This document shows positions 1-11,923 of a stretch of 64,000 nt of DNA, one piece after another. Source of the DNA: an uncultured Verrucomicrobiae bacterium (GTDB taxonomy: Bacteria > Verrucomicrobiota > Verrucomicrobiia > Chthoniobacterales > UBA10450); assembly GCA_963834385.1 (NCBI GenBank), contig CAWIBO010000002.1, positions 128,001-192,000 of the forward strand, in the 5' to 3' direction. The translations under genes and the position numbers were made by a program. The notes under the pieces were generated by a model. That model was not told the origin of the DNA. It made no database searches and saw only the letters and a list, made by a program, of their open reading frames with translations. Every line of letters starts with the position of its first letter. Within the stretch, counting starts at the first letter, position 1.

Positions 1-1
1 T

Positions 2-610
2 GATGAGGGTCCCCTGGTATTTTTCGAAGAGGCGAACGTTGACCACGCCGGCAATGGCGTCGCTCCCGTAAACGGCGGAAGCGCCATCGCGCACGATATC
101 GATCTGCTCCACGGCTGCGAGCGGGAAGGAATTGAGGTCGACGAAGCTGGTGATGCCCCCTTGGGCAAAAGGGTAGGGGGCGACGCGCCGACCGTTGAGC
201 AGAACAAGGGTGGCGTCCGGCGTCAGCCCCCGCAGGGCAATGGCGGCCGCGCCGGGCGCCAGGGAATCGCTCTGGTTTTCCGTGAAGGTCGGTCCGGAGT
301 TCTGCGGCAGGGCGCGCGCAATGTCGCCGAAGGAGCCGGTGCCGGTCCGTTTAATGGCGTCCACGTTGATGAGCGACTGCGGGACCGCCTCGAAAACTTC
401 GGTGACGCTGATGTGCGAGCCGGTGATGACGACACGTTCGGCCGCGGCTTCCTGCTGTTCCTCGGCGGAACCGGGCTCGGGGAGCGGGTTGCCGTTGGCG
501 TCGCGTTCCGAGATGAGCGGCGCCGGCGAAGAGCCCGGTTCCTGCGCAAAACCGGGCATCGGCCGTCCGAGGAGCGCCAGAAGGATGAGGGGGAGAAAAA
601 AGCGAGCCAT
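2..610 (-). CDS. TonB-dependent receptor, N-terminal part (signal peptide + plug); runs off the window start
   Basis: Not in the ORF track. Manual translation from ATG at 610 gives MARFFLPLILLALL..., then ERVVITGS, IALRGL...TLVLLNGRR, VDLNSFPLAAVEQIDIVRDGASAVYGSDAIAGVVN, a typical plug signature. The frame stays open to the window edge. Confidence 0.9.
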   Translation of the reverse strand, partial: MARFFLPLILLALLGRPMPGFAQEPGSSPAPLISERDANGNPLPEPGSAEEQQEAAAERVVITGSHISVTEVFEAVPQSLINVDAIKRTGTGSFGDIARALPQNSGPTFTENQSDSLAPGAAAIALRGLTPDATLVLLNGRRVAPYPFAQGGITSFVDLNSFPLAAVEQIDIVRDGASAVYGSDAIAGVVNVRLFEKYQGTLI

Positions 611-689
611 CAGAGAAGGATGAATCGGACGCGAGGGCAGGGGTGGCCGTGGAGCGGGAATTCTCCTGAACCGCGGGCGAGCGGCGGAA

Positions 690-1595
690 TCAAGGGGCGG
701 CGGCCGGAGGGGGGCTGGCTTTAGGGCGGTGTTTCGTTCGGCCATCCGCGACCACTCGCCAGCGGCCATCCGGTTCGCGACGCCAGACTCGCACAAAGCT
801 TCCCGCCTCGGCGCCGGCCAGACGTTCGACCCGGAACGTGCCGTAAACGTAGCCGAGATCGCCCGACGCACTCATCCCCTGACCGTCCTGGGTCGACTTC
901 ACGATCCGGCCGCGGTCGGCGCTGAGCATGACGCTTGCGACCTCTTTGCCGAACGCCGGGAAAACATTCTCCCGGAACACCTGGATCCCGTCCGCGGCCA
1001 CGGCGAGCAGGGCGGCGCTGGCGTCCTGCCGTGAGCCTTTGCCGAGCTGGTTCTCCGCTTTCTGCATCGAGGCGAGCGCCTCCTTCTGCGGAAGGCTCTC
1101 CGCCGGATGCTCCCAGGAAGCGAGACGGAGAGGAGGCCACTCCGTCGTCAGCGGCGGGGTTTCAAACCCGATGTCGAGCGCCACTTTCCAGGCGCCCTTG
1201 GTATCCTTTTTCCAGATGGAAAAAAACTGGCCGTAGGAATTCGGCTTTGCCGCCGTGGGCGAGGCTTTGAAAGTGGAAGGTCCGGTGGTGTAACCGAGGT
1301 CGCCATCCTTGGAGATGGCGGCGAAGGCCGGAGCCCAGCGCAGCTGCGACTCATTCGCAGACCGGGCCTCCCATTGTTTGCGGCCATTGATGGGACCGGG
1401 ATCAAAAGTGACGGCCCCGTCCGCCAGGAAAGTGACAAAAGCGTCCCGGACATTGTTTTCCGCCGCCATGCGGGCAAAAGCCAGCTCGGCCTCGGCCACG
1501 ACGCGCGCCGGATCGGACGGCGCGGGAGAAACCTCCTGCGCCGAGGCGCCGAGGGCCAGACTGATGAGCGCGAGAAGGATAAAAAACCCCGGCAT
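690..1595 (-). CDS. Secreted protein with two NTF2-like (DUF4440-type) domains
   Basis: Signal peptide MPGFFILLALISLALGASA. Two homologous halves: 'SKDGDLGYTTG...FFSIWKKD..GAWKV' and 'SASGDLGYVYG...FVRVWRRE.DGRWRV'. Confidence 0.75.
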   Translation of the reverse strand: MPGFFILLALISLALGASAQEVSPAPSDPARVVAEAELAFARMAAENNVRDAFVTFLADGAVTFDPGPINGRKQWEARSANESQLRWAPAFAAISKDGDLGYTTGPSTFKASPTAAKPNSYGQFFSIWKKDTKGAWKVALDIGFETPPLTTEWPPLRLASWEHPAESLPQKEALASMQKAENQLGKGSRQDASAALLAVAADGIQVFRENVFPAFGKEVASVMLSADRGRIVKSTQDGQGMSASGDLGYVYGTFRVERLAGAEAGSFVRVWRREPDGRWRVVADGRTKHRPKASPPPAAAP

Positions 1596-1749
1596 GTCCG
1601 GGGAAAGATGCCGGCTTTCCACCTTCGCGACAAGGCTCCGTCAGCCTGAGCTTCACCATGCCGGGCGGCGGGACTGATTTGCGTGGCCGCGGCCCCCCTA
1701 AAAAAAGCGGTCGGTTTAGACAAAATCCGCGGTTGGCGGCGTCTCTCTT

Positions 1750-2265
1750 ATGAAAGACCCTGAAAAGGTCATGGAAAATGTCGCCCCCCATGAAAACTGG
1801 AAAACTTGTTTTGCCGAGCTGGCCCCCGGCCTTCTCCTTTTCGCCCGGCAATGGGTCCGCAGCGCCGCCGACGCCGAGGATGTGGTCCAGGAAGCCTTCG
1901 TCCGGTTCTGGCGCAAACAGCATTCAATCGAGAACCGCGGCCTCCTTTTCGCCACTGTCCGTTCCATTGCCCTCGATTTTATCCGCCGCAACATCCGGCG
2001 CGAACGCCGCGAAGCAGACGCTCTGCGCGATGCCGAGCAGGTGGTTGAGCCGCAGTTCGAGGAAAGCGGCGAAGCGCAGCAGGCGCTCGTGGCCGCCATC
2101 AGGGAACTGCCGATCGAGCAGCGCGAGGTGCTCGTTATGAAGATCTGGAACGAACTCACCTTTGCCGAGATCGCCGCCGCCCTCGGGATCTCCCAGAACA
2201 CCGCGGCTTCCCGGTATCGCTACGCCCTGGGCAGCCTCAAAAAGCAATTTGTCTCCCATGAATGA
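1750..2265 (+). CDS. ECF RNA polymerase sigma factor (sigma-70 family)
   Basis: Region 2 'DAEDVVQEAF' and region 4 'LPIEQREVLVMKIWNELTFAEIAAALGISQNTAASR'. The start may be the ATG at 1771. Confidence 0.92.
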   Translation: MKDPEKVMENVAPHENWKTCFAELAPGLLLFARQWVRSAADAEDVVQEAFVRFWRKQHSIENRGLLFATVRSIALDFIRRNIRRERREADALRDAEQVVEPQFEESGEAQQALVAAIRELPIEQREVLVMKIWNELTFAEIAAALGISQNTAASRYRYALGSLKKQFVSHE

Positions 2266-2761
2266 TTTCACCGAACTGGAAAAAGAACTGAAGCGGTTGC
2301 GCCCGCTTTCTCCCTCCGCCGGCCTGGCGGCGGGGGTGGAACAGGCGCTCAACGCCCCGGCCGCGGCCTCCCCCAACGAGGAGACTGTGGTGGTGCGTCC
2401 CGCTCGTTTCGAGATCAACTGGCTGCCGGTCGGCCTCGGCCTGGCCGCGGCCGCGGCTTTCCTTTTCCTGGCCCGGGTTGAGACCCCGGAAACGTCCTCT
2501 CCGCAGGCGCCCATGCTGACGCAGCGGTCCGTGCCGCAGGAAGCGGCCACTTCCGGTTTCCAGCCTACCGGCATGACCGAGGTGGTTTATCATCAGCGCG
2601 ACGAAGGCTTGCGTTACCCGCAAGGTGCCGACCAGCCGGTGCGCCGGACGCGCCTGCAAAAGCAGGAAACGGTGCAGTGGCACAATGCGGAGACCGGCGC
2701 CTCTCTTCGCGTCTCCTATCCCGCCGAGGAAGTGCGCCTGATCCCGGTATCCGGCCAGTGA
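2258..2761 (+). CDS. Probable single-pass anti-sigma factor
   Basis: ATG overlaps the end of the sigma gene. Short cytoplasmic N-terminus (MNDFTELEKELKRLRP), one TM helix (WLPVGLGLAAAAAFLFL), then a periplasmic C-terminus. Function is inferred from context. Confidence 0.65.
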   Translation: MNDFTELEKELKRLRPLSPSAGLAAGVEQALNAPAAASPNEETVVVRPARFEINWLPVGLGLAAAAAFLFLARVETPETSSPQAPMLTQRSVPQEAATSGFQPTGMTEVVYHQRDEGLRYPQGADQPVRRTRLQKQETVQWHNAETGASLRVSYPAEEVRLIPVSGQ

Positions 2762-2795
2762 AAAATTTGCCTTAACCCATAACCAACCAAAACAA

Positions 2796-3875
2796 ATGAA
2801 AACAAAACTGATCCTGAACATCATGGCCGCCGGCTTGTTGCCGGTCCTGGCCCTGGCCCAAAACCCCGCCCCTCCGGCGCCCCCCAGTCCGGCTGGTCCG
2901 CCGGCGGGCGACAAGGAAAAGGACCGCAAAGTGCCGGTGACCTTCCTCGGGGTGGAAACCTCCTCCATCCCCTCCGTGGTCAGCGAACAGCTCGGCCTTC
3001 CAAAGGGCTTCGGCCTCGTGGTCGATTACGTGGCCAAGGACGGACCGGCCGAGAAAGGCGGGCTGCAGAAGAACGACATCATCCGCATGCTCAACGACCA
3101 GATCGTGATGGAACCGGGCCAGCTCGGAAAATTGGTCCGGAGTTTCCAGGAAGGAACTGACGTGACGCTCACCATCCTGCGCAAGGGGGTCGAGTCGAAG
3201 ATCACGGTGAAGCTGGGCAAGAAGGAAGTGCGGGAACGGCGCGATTTCGGCCAGCACCATGGTTTCAAGTTCGATTTCAACGAAGGCGACATGGAAAAGG
3301 CCTTCGGCGCGCTCGATCACCTGAAGTCCGCCACGCCTGAGGCGGTCGAAGAAATACGGGAATATGCTGAGCGCGCCCGCGAGCAGGCCCGCGAGATGCG
3401 GGACCACGCGCGCGAGCTACGGGAAAACGCCCGGGAGATGGGCAAGAGCTTCAACATCGTCGCGAACGATGACGGTCTCACCACCACCCGCTTCGACCTC
3501 GATCGCGCCCAGATTGTTTATTCGGACGACAAGGGCGAGCTGAAGATCGAAGGGACGGAGGGCAGAAAAATGCTCACGGCCAAAGATCCGCAAGGGAAGG
3601 TCGTTTTCAGCGGCCCCGTGGAAACTTCGGAGGATCGCGACAAACTGCCGGCGGACATCCGCGAACGGTTTGAGAAAGTGACCAAGGATATTCCGGTGGC
3701 GATTCCCCCCGTGGCCCCGATGCCGCCTCTGCCCCTGGACGCCACTACCAATGATACCGTTTCGGTGCCGCGGGCCCGGCCGGTGCGCATGCATCGCTCC
3801 GACATCCAGCAGGTTTGCCTGGAGAGAGGAGAGACCGGCGGCCGTCTCTGGCCCGCGCAAACAGTCATGCTTTAG
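2796..3875 (+). CDS. Periplasmic PDZ-domain protein without a recognisable protease domain
   Basis: Signal peptide; PDZ 'FLGV...GLVVDYVAKDGPAEKGGLQKNDII...VTLTILRKG'; a coiled-coil-like stretch follows. Confidence 0.8.
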   Translation: MKTKLILNIMAAGLLPVLALAQNPAPPAPPSPAGPPAGDKEKDRKVPVTFLGVETSSIPSVVSEQLGLPKGFGLVVDYVAKDGPAEKGGLQKNDIIRMLNDQIVMEPGQLGKLVRSFQEGTDVTLTILRKGVESKITVKLGKKEVRERRDFGQHHGFKFDFNEGDMEKAFGALDHLKSATPEAVEEIREYAERAREQAREMRDHARELRENAREMGKSFNIVANDDGLTTTRFDLDRAQIVYSDDKGELKIEGTEGRKMLTAKDPQGKVVFSGPVETSEDRDKLPADIRERFEKVTKDIPVAIPPVAPMPPLPLDATTNDTVSVPRARPVRMHRSDIQQVCLERGETGGRLWPAQTVML

Positions 3876-3878
3876 CAC

Positions 3879-3935
3879 GAAGACCCGTCGGGCTTTCCTT
3901 AACCTGGCCTGGCCAGCCGCCCGGCGGGTCTTTTT
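3879..3935 (+). terminator. Probable intrinsic terminator after the sigma/anti-sigma/PDZ genes
   Basis: AAGACCCGTCGGGC ... GCCCGGCGGGTCTT inverted repeat ending in a T run. Confidence 0.55.
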
Positions 3936-3950
3936 CCTTCGGCTGAATCC

Positions 3951-5252
3951 ATGAAGCGATCATCTCTCCTGCGAGGGGCCGGGTTTGGCCTGCTTCTTCT
4001 CCTTCCGGAAACCGCGCTCAGCGCCCCGGTCGCACCCGCCCGCGCCGCCGAATGGTTCAAGGAGGCGGCCCTCCTTTGCCAGTCCCCGGAGGCGCAACTC
4101 TGGCCGGTCTCATTGTGCAGCCCGCTTTTGCTGGTTGATCCCGCGACCCGGGAGGTCGTGGCCAGCCAGGCGGACGCGGAGGGCCATCTACGGGGGAAGG
4201 ACGGGATCTTTACCGGCACGCTTCCGCCCCATCTGAACGTGGCCAACACCGCCCTGACGTGGGCGGGAGTTGAATGGACCATGCTCGTTCTGCCTTTGCC
4301 GGAGGAGCCGCGGGCCCGGGCCATCCTTTTTGCCCATGAGATGTGGCATCGCCTCCAGGACGAAATTGGATTTCCCTCTTCCGGCGCGGCCAATGCCCAT
4401 CTCGACACCCTCGAGGGGCGAGTCTGGCTGCAATTGGAATGGCGCGCGCTTCGGGCCGCCCTCGCCGCGGGGGACGAGAGCCGTCGACAGCACGTGCAGG
4501 ACGCGCTGCTCTTCCGCGCGACGAGACGTTCCCTCTTTCCGGCCGCGGCGGAGGAGGAGCGGGCCATGGAAATGCATGAAGGGCTGGCGGAGTACACCGG
4601 TGTGAAGGCCGGGGCCGGGTCGGAAGCCGCGCGCGAGGCACAGGACCGCCTCTCCGCGGCCACCCAGCGGGAAACGTTTGTTCGTTCGTTCGCCTACGCC
4701 TCGGGCGCCGCCTACGGCCTGCTGCTGGACGACGCGGTTCCGGCCTGGCGGGAGCGTCTGCGGCCGGAGGATGACCTCGGCCTTCTTCTTGAGAAAGCGC
4801 TTGGTCTGGCGCGGCCCGGGACAAAAGCCGCTGTGGCCCTGCGGGCGTCGAAGTATGAGGGCGATCAACTCCGCGAAAGCGAGACAGGGCGCGAGAAGGC
4901 CCGTCAATCCCGCCTGGCTGCACTTCGGGCGCAGTTCATCGAGGGTCCGGTTCTGATTCTGCCCCTCCGCCGGATGAACATGCAGTTTGATCCTGGCTTA
5001 CCCGTGCCGCTCGATACTTTCGGCACGGTCTATCCCGGTCTGCGTCTGGTTGATGAATGGGGCATCCTTACCGTGACCGACGGGGGCGCGTTTCTGGCCT
5101 CCGATTTTTCGGAGGCCCGGGTCGGGGCCGCCGGGCTCGGTGCGGGGGCGACCGTCACGGGCAAAGGCTGGACCCTGCAACTGGCCGACGGCTGGATGTT
5201 AAGGGAAGGCGCGCGCGCCGGGGACTTTCGGGTGGCAGCCAGACGCCCGTGA
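3951..5252 (+). CDS. Secreted hypothetical protein with a gluzincin-like zinc motif
   Basis: Signal peptide; 'FAHEMWH' (HExxH) and downstream 'HEGLAEYTG'. Confidence 0.6.
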   Translation: MKRSSLLRGAGFGLLLLLPETALSAPVAPARAAEWFKEAALLCQSPEAQLWPVSLCSPLLLVDPATREVVASQADAEGHLRGKDGIFTGTLPPHLNVANTALTWAGVEWTMLVLPLPEEPRARAILFAHEMWHRLQDEIGFPSSGAANAHLDTLEGRVWLQLEWRALRAALAAGDESRRQHVQDALLFRATRRSLFPAAAEEERAMEMHEGLAEYTGVKAGAGSEAAREAQDRLSAATQRETFVRSFAYASGAAYGLLLDDAVPAWRERLRPEDDLGLLLEKALGLARPGTKAAVALRASKYEGDQLRESETGREKARQSRLAALRAQFIEGPVLILPLRRMNMQFDPGLPVPLDTFGTVYPGLRLVDEWGILTVTDGGAFLASDFSEARVGAAGLGAGATVTGKGWTLQLADGWMLREGARAGDFRVAARRP

Positions 5253-5259
5253 CGCGGTG

Positions 5260-7717
<2,458 letters not shown>

Positions 7718-7732
7718 GCTCAGGGAGGTGGA

Positions 7733-10192
7733 TTATTCAGAACGCAACGCTTCCATCGGGCTGACCCGCATCGCCCGCCGCGCCGGCAGCCACGCGGCCA
7801 GGAAGGCCACGAGCGCAATGAGAAGAACAATACCGGAAAATGTAATCGGGTCCCACGCGTTGACGCCGTAGAGCATGCTGGTGAGAAGCCGAGTGGCGGC
7901 GAGAGCAGAGAGCAGGCCCACCCCCACGCTGACGGCGACGACGGCCATGGCCTCACCAACGATGAGTCGGAAAATCGCGGACTGTGCCGCACCCAGGGCC
8001 ATGCGCAGGCCAATCTCGCTTGTGCGCTGCGCCACGGAGTAAGCCATCACGCCGTAAATGCCCACGGCGGTGAGGAGGAGGGCCAGGCCGGCAAAGAGAG
8101 AAATGAGCAGGGTGTTGAATCGGGCCCGCGCCAGCGAATCGGTCATGTACTGAGTAAATGGTTGTGCCCGCGTGAGAGCGATCTCCTTGTCCACCTTGGC
8201 CAGCTCGGCCCGCAGCATGTTGGTGAGAGCGGCCGGATCGCTCGTCGCGCTGCGCAGAAGCAGCCAGTTCATTGAAACGGGCACCTGGCTGGCGGGAAGA
8301 TACATTTCCGGTGTAAACTCGGCGCTGAGCGACTCGTGTCTCACATTCCCAACGACGCCGACAATCTCCCGCATCGGCGTGCTCTCCTCCGTAATCGACC
8401 AACCGGGCTCAATCCGTTTCCCCACGGGGTTCTCTCCCGGGAAATGTTTTTTGGCAAATTGCTCGTTAATGATCACCACCTGCTTCGCCTCGAGCCGGTC
8501 GGTCTCGGCAAAGGCGCGGCCCTGGCGCACCGGGATGCCCATGGTCTTGAAGTAATCTGTCGACACGATGCGCGTATCGGCGGCATCGCGTTGACCCTCA
8601 GGGAGGGGGCGTTCCTCAATGTCGAACGACGTAACGACCTGGCTGCCACTGAGAGGCAGGGGCAGGATCGTGCTGGCCGACTCCACCCCGGGCAGGGCGC
8701 GCAGGCGCGTCAGCAGTTGATCGTAAAACGCCACCAGGTCGGCCGACTTTGGATAAGCCGCATCGGGATTGCTGATCCGGGCCGTGAGCAGTCGGTCCGG
8801 TTCGTAGCCGGGATCGACCCGGCCCAGCCGCGCGAAACTTTGCACAAGAAGACCCGCGCAAACGAGCAGGACGAGAGCCAGCGCAATTTCCACCGCCACG
8901 ACTGCGCGACGGAAACGATTTTTGCCCAGGGTGCTTCCCGAGGTGCCGCGTCCGCCCGCCTTCAAAGCGTTGCTCAGGTCGACGTGGGAGCTTTGCCAGG
9001 CCGGGAAAATTCCAAAGATGACCCCCGTGGCGGTCGAAACGAGAAGGGTGAAGGCGAGGACGACGCCGTCGAGCTGAATATCGTGAATGCGCGGGATGCT
9101 TTTCGGCACCACCGCGATCAGGGCATCCGTTCCCCACTGCGCCACGAGCAAGCCGCCCAATCCTCCCAGCGCCGCCAGCACCATGCTTTCCGTCAGCAAT
9201 TGCCGAATAAGGCGGGAGCGCGACGCGCCCACCGCGGCGCGCAAGGCAATGTCGCGCGTCCGGACCGTAGCCCTGGCCAGGAGGAGATTCGCCACGTTGG
9301 CGTTCGCAATCAGGAGGAGGCAAACGACCGCCCCGAAGACCACATAAAGCGCGGTGCGCACATCGCCCACGAGTTCCTCGCGAAGTGGCCGCATCACCGC
9401 GGTAAAATCAGTGTTGGTGTCGGGAAATTCCTTTTGCAGGCGTCGCGTGATCGTTTCCAGGTTCGCCAGCGCCTGCGTCCGGGTTACGCCCGGTTTCAGG
9501 CGGGCCACCCCTTCCAGCATATGGTTGCCGCGCTGTTGCGTGACCGGCTTGCTCCCATCCGCGTTGGCCGCGTCTTCGGCGATGGTGATGTAAAACTCGG
9601 GCGCTTCCGCGATGATCGGAAAGCGAAATCCCTCCGGCATCACGCCGATGACGGTGTAAGGCTGTCGTTCCAGCGTCAGAACCCGCCCGAGCACGTTGGC
9701 GTCGCTTTGGAACCTGCTCCGCCAAAGGGCGTGGCTCAGGATGATTTTGAATCCGCCTGGACCGCCGCCGGCCTGTTCATCCTCGCGCTTGAAATCACGG
9801 CCCAGGCGAGGTTTCACGCCGAGCACGTCGAGGAAGTCGGCGCTTACTTTCTGGCCACGCAGGTTCACGGCGTCGTTGCCGTCCATCATGGTGAGGGAGC
9901 GCCCGCGATAAACCGCCAGATGCTGCAGGGTGCTGTTTTCCTGCCGGAGATCAAAGAAGTCCGGATAGGAAAAGGCGCCGACAGACTTTTCCGGCTCCCG
10001 CGTGTTCTGCATTCCCACTGCCACCAGCTCCGCCGGCGCCGGGAATGGCAGCGGTTTCAGCAGCACCGCGTTGACGACGCTGAAGATGGCCGTATTGGCC
10101 CCGATCCCGAGGGAAAGAGTGAGAATGGCGATCGCCGCAAAGAAGGGGTTCCGCCGCAGCTGGCGCAGCCCGTAAGCAACGTCGTTAAGCAT
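7733..10192 (-). CDS. MacB/FtsX-family duplicated ABC permease (ADOP-like), intact
   Basis: 819 aa with '[24 protein letters not shown]', 'GIYGVMAYSVAQRTSEIGLRMALGA' and C-terminal 'PARRAMRVSPMEALRSE'. Confidence 0.92.
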   Translation of the reverse strand: MLNDVAYGLRQLRRNPFFAAIAILTLSLGIGANTAIFSVVNAVLLKPLPFPAPAELVAVGMQNTREPEKSVGAFSYPDFFDLRQENSTLQHLAVYRGRSLTMMDGNDAVNLRGQKVSADFLDVLGVKPRLGRDFKREDEQAGGGPGGFKIILSHALWRSRFQSDANVLGRVLTLERQPYTVIGVMPEGFRFPIIAEAPEFYITIAEDAANADGSKPVTQQRGNHMLEGVARLKPGVTRTQALANLETITRRLQKEFPDTNTDFTAVMRPLREELVGDVRTALYVVFGAVVCLLLIANANVANLLLARATVRTRDIALRAAVGASRSRLIRQLLTESMVLAALGGLGGLLVAQWGTDALIAVVPKSIPRIHDIQLDGVVLAFTLLVSTATGVIFGIFPAWQSSHVDLSNALKAGGRGTSGSTLGKNRFRRAVVAVEIALALVLLVCAGLLVQSFARLGRVDPGYEPDRLLTARISNPDAAYPKSADLVAFYDQLLTRLRALPGVESASTILPLPLSGSQVVTSFDIEERPLPEGQRDAADTRIVSTDYFKTMGIPVRQGRAFAETDRLEAKQVVIINEQFAKKHFPGENPVGKRIEPGWSITEESTPMREIVGVVGNVRHESLSAEFTPEMYLPASQVPVSMNWLLLRSATSDPAALTNMLRAELAKVDKEIALTRAQPFTQYMTDSLARARFNTLLISLFAGLALLLTAVGIYGVMAYSVAQRTSEIGLRMALGAAQSAIFRLIVGEAMAVVAVSVGVGLLSALAATRLLTSMLYGVNAWDPITFSGIVLLIALVAFLAAWLPARRAMRVSPMEALRSE

Positions 10193-10214
10193 ACTCTTGT
10201 TGGCCGACGCTCAG

Positions 10215-11150
10215 TTACTGCTGGTTGGCCACTTCCGCGCCTGCGGCCTTGATGCGGATGCTGCCGGCGCTGGTGCTCAACACCACCGACCGACCGCCGC
10301 CGTTCAATTTGCCCACCAGGCTGTCGGCGTCGCGCTTGCCCTCGAAGGGAAGATCGGTCGAGACGCGGCCGGCGCTGGTCTCGGCCTTCACGTCAATGCC
10401 CGCGGTGGCCGGCACGGAAAGATTGATGCTGCCGCCGCTCGTTTCGAGGCGGACATCTCCCGCCATCGGCGAGGGGAGCACCGCGTCAATGCTGCCGCCC
10501 GACGTTTCTCCCACCAGGCGTCCATGGATCCGGTCGAGGCGAAGGGAACCGCCGCTGGTTTCGAGGATCGCGTCACCGCGGTAATCGTTCACTTTGATGT
10601 GACCGCCCGAGGTCGAAAGGTCGAGTTTGCCGCTGCCTTCGCGCACCGCAATGTGACCGCCGCTGGTTTCGCCCTGAACCGGGCCCTCGATGTTGGTGAA
10701 CTCGAGGTTGCCGCCGCTGGTCTCGGCTTCCACGGTGCCGAGGAGATTGTGCGCCTCAATTTCGCCGCCGCTCGTTTCCAGCTTGAGGTTGAAGTTCTTC
10801 GGCACCTTGATCGTGTAACGGCCCTTGGTGTTGACGTGCCGCCAGACCCGGCGGTCCTCATTCTTTTTTCGCACCGCCCGCACGGTGACGGTGTTGCCCT
10901 CCTGGGCAAACTCGACCGGCACTTCGGCCAGGTATTCTTTTTCCTTCGCTTCATCGCGCATTTTTACTTCGCGAAACGCCTGCACCTCGACTTTGTCGTC
11001 GGCCCCGGCCTGGACGTCGATGGAACCGAAATCAACGTCGACCACGAGGCGGCCGCCGGGCGCGGATGCGAGAGTGCGTTCGATATTTTCCGAGGCGCCG
11101 AAAGCGGCCACGGCGGAACAAACGAGCAGAAACAGGATTCGGAGAGACAT
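10215..11150 (-). CDS. DUF4097-type beta-strand repeat secreted protein
   Basis: Signal peptide; repeated 'ETSGGxI' units; C-terminal 'GKLNGGG..VVLSTSAGSIRI'. Confidence 0.85.
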   Translation of the reverse strand: MSLRILFLLVCSAVAAFGASENIERTLASAPGGRLVVDVDFGSIDVQAGADDKVEVQAFREVKMRDEAKEKEYLAEVPVEFAQEGNTVTVRAVRKKNEDRRVWRHVNTKGRYTIKVPKNFNLKLETSGGEIEAHNLLGTVEAETSGGNLEFTNIEGPVQGETSGGHIAVREGSGKLDLSTSGGHIKVNDYRGDAILETSGGSLRLDRIHGRLVGETSGGSIDAVLPSPMAGDVRLETSGGSINLSVPATAGIDVKAETSAGRVSTDLPFEGKRDADSLVGKLNGGGRSVVLSTSAGSIRIKAAGAEVANQQ

Positions 11151-11412
11151 GGGATTTGATGGGGTTGAGGGTTGGAGAAGCGTCCTGCCGGGGGTTGAGA
11201 CCGGTGAACGCGCTTCTGACCATTTGCAGGCGGCGTGCCAGCGTTTGCGGCTTTCGTTTAATGGCTCTTGGCGAACAACTTAGAGAGAGGCACCTCCCGC
11301 CCCAATTCACCTCTTCATCCCGGGGTGGGGAATCCATCGTCCCAGTTCCGGCACGGTGGATCTTGCGCGGCTTTTGCTTGTCGAATCGCGCGCCTTCCCT
11401 ATAACGAGGCGC

Positions 11413-11832
11413 ATGGCGAACGGTCCTTCCTCCCCCGACGATCTGACCCCGGTGAGCGGCGCGCCTACGGACGTTGCCCGCAGCGGGACTGGACTGCCCA
11501 AGCCGTTGCATGAACGAACCGCGGAAGAGGATCGCGAGGTGGCCGATTGGCCGGCGCTGGCGGCCAGCCCTTCTTTCCAGGCGCTTTTGCGGGCCAAACG
11601 CCGTTTTATCATCCCGGCCACGATTTTTTTCGTGGCCTACTTTTTCGCCCTGCCGGTGGCGGCGGGCTATTTCCCGGAGCTGATGATGCGCCGGGTTTTC
11701 GGGGCACTGAATTTCGCGTATCTCTTTGCCCTCTCGCAGTTTTTCATGGCCTGGATCCTGGCCGCCCTTTACGTGCGCGCGGCCAGCCGGTTCGATCGCA
11801 TGGCGGAAGAGGTCATCGCGAAGCGCGCTTAG
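11413..11832 (+). CDS. DUF485 (YjcH-like) small inner membrane protein
   Basis: 'SPSFQALLRAKRRFI', two TM helices, 'LYVRAASRFDR'. Confidence 0.8.
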   Translation: MANGPSSPDDLTPVSGAPTDVARSGTGLPKPLHERTAEEDREVADWPALAASPSFQALLRAKRRFIIPATIFFVAYFFALPVAAGYFPELMMRRVFGALNFAYLFALSQFFMAWILAALYVRAASRFDRMAEEVIAKRA

Positions 11833-11923
11833 CTCCGGCGCGCGGGCGCGGTGAGCCAGCGCCCGTTTATTGACGAGGAAATTTGTTCCGTTGAGGTGGA
11901 GCCGCCTTTCGCTAGGCTCGCTC

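Noticed and set aside
161..724. Plus-strand ORFs at the window start
   Set aside because: Antisense to the TonB-dependent receptor fragment, which has clear motifs.
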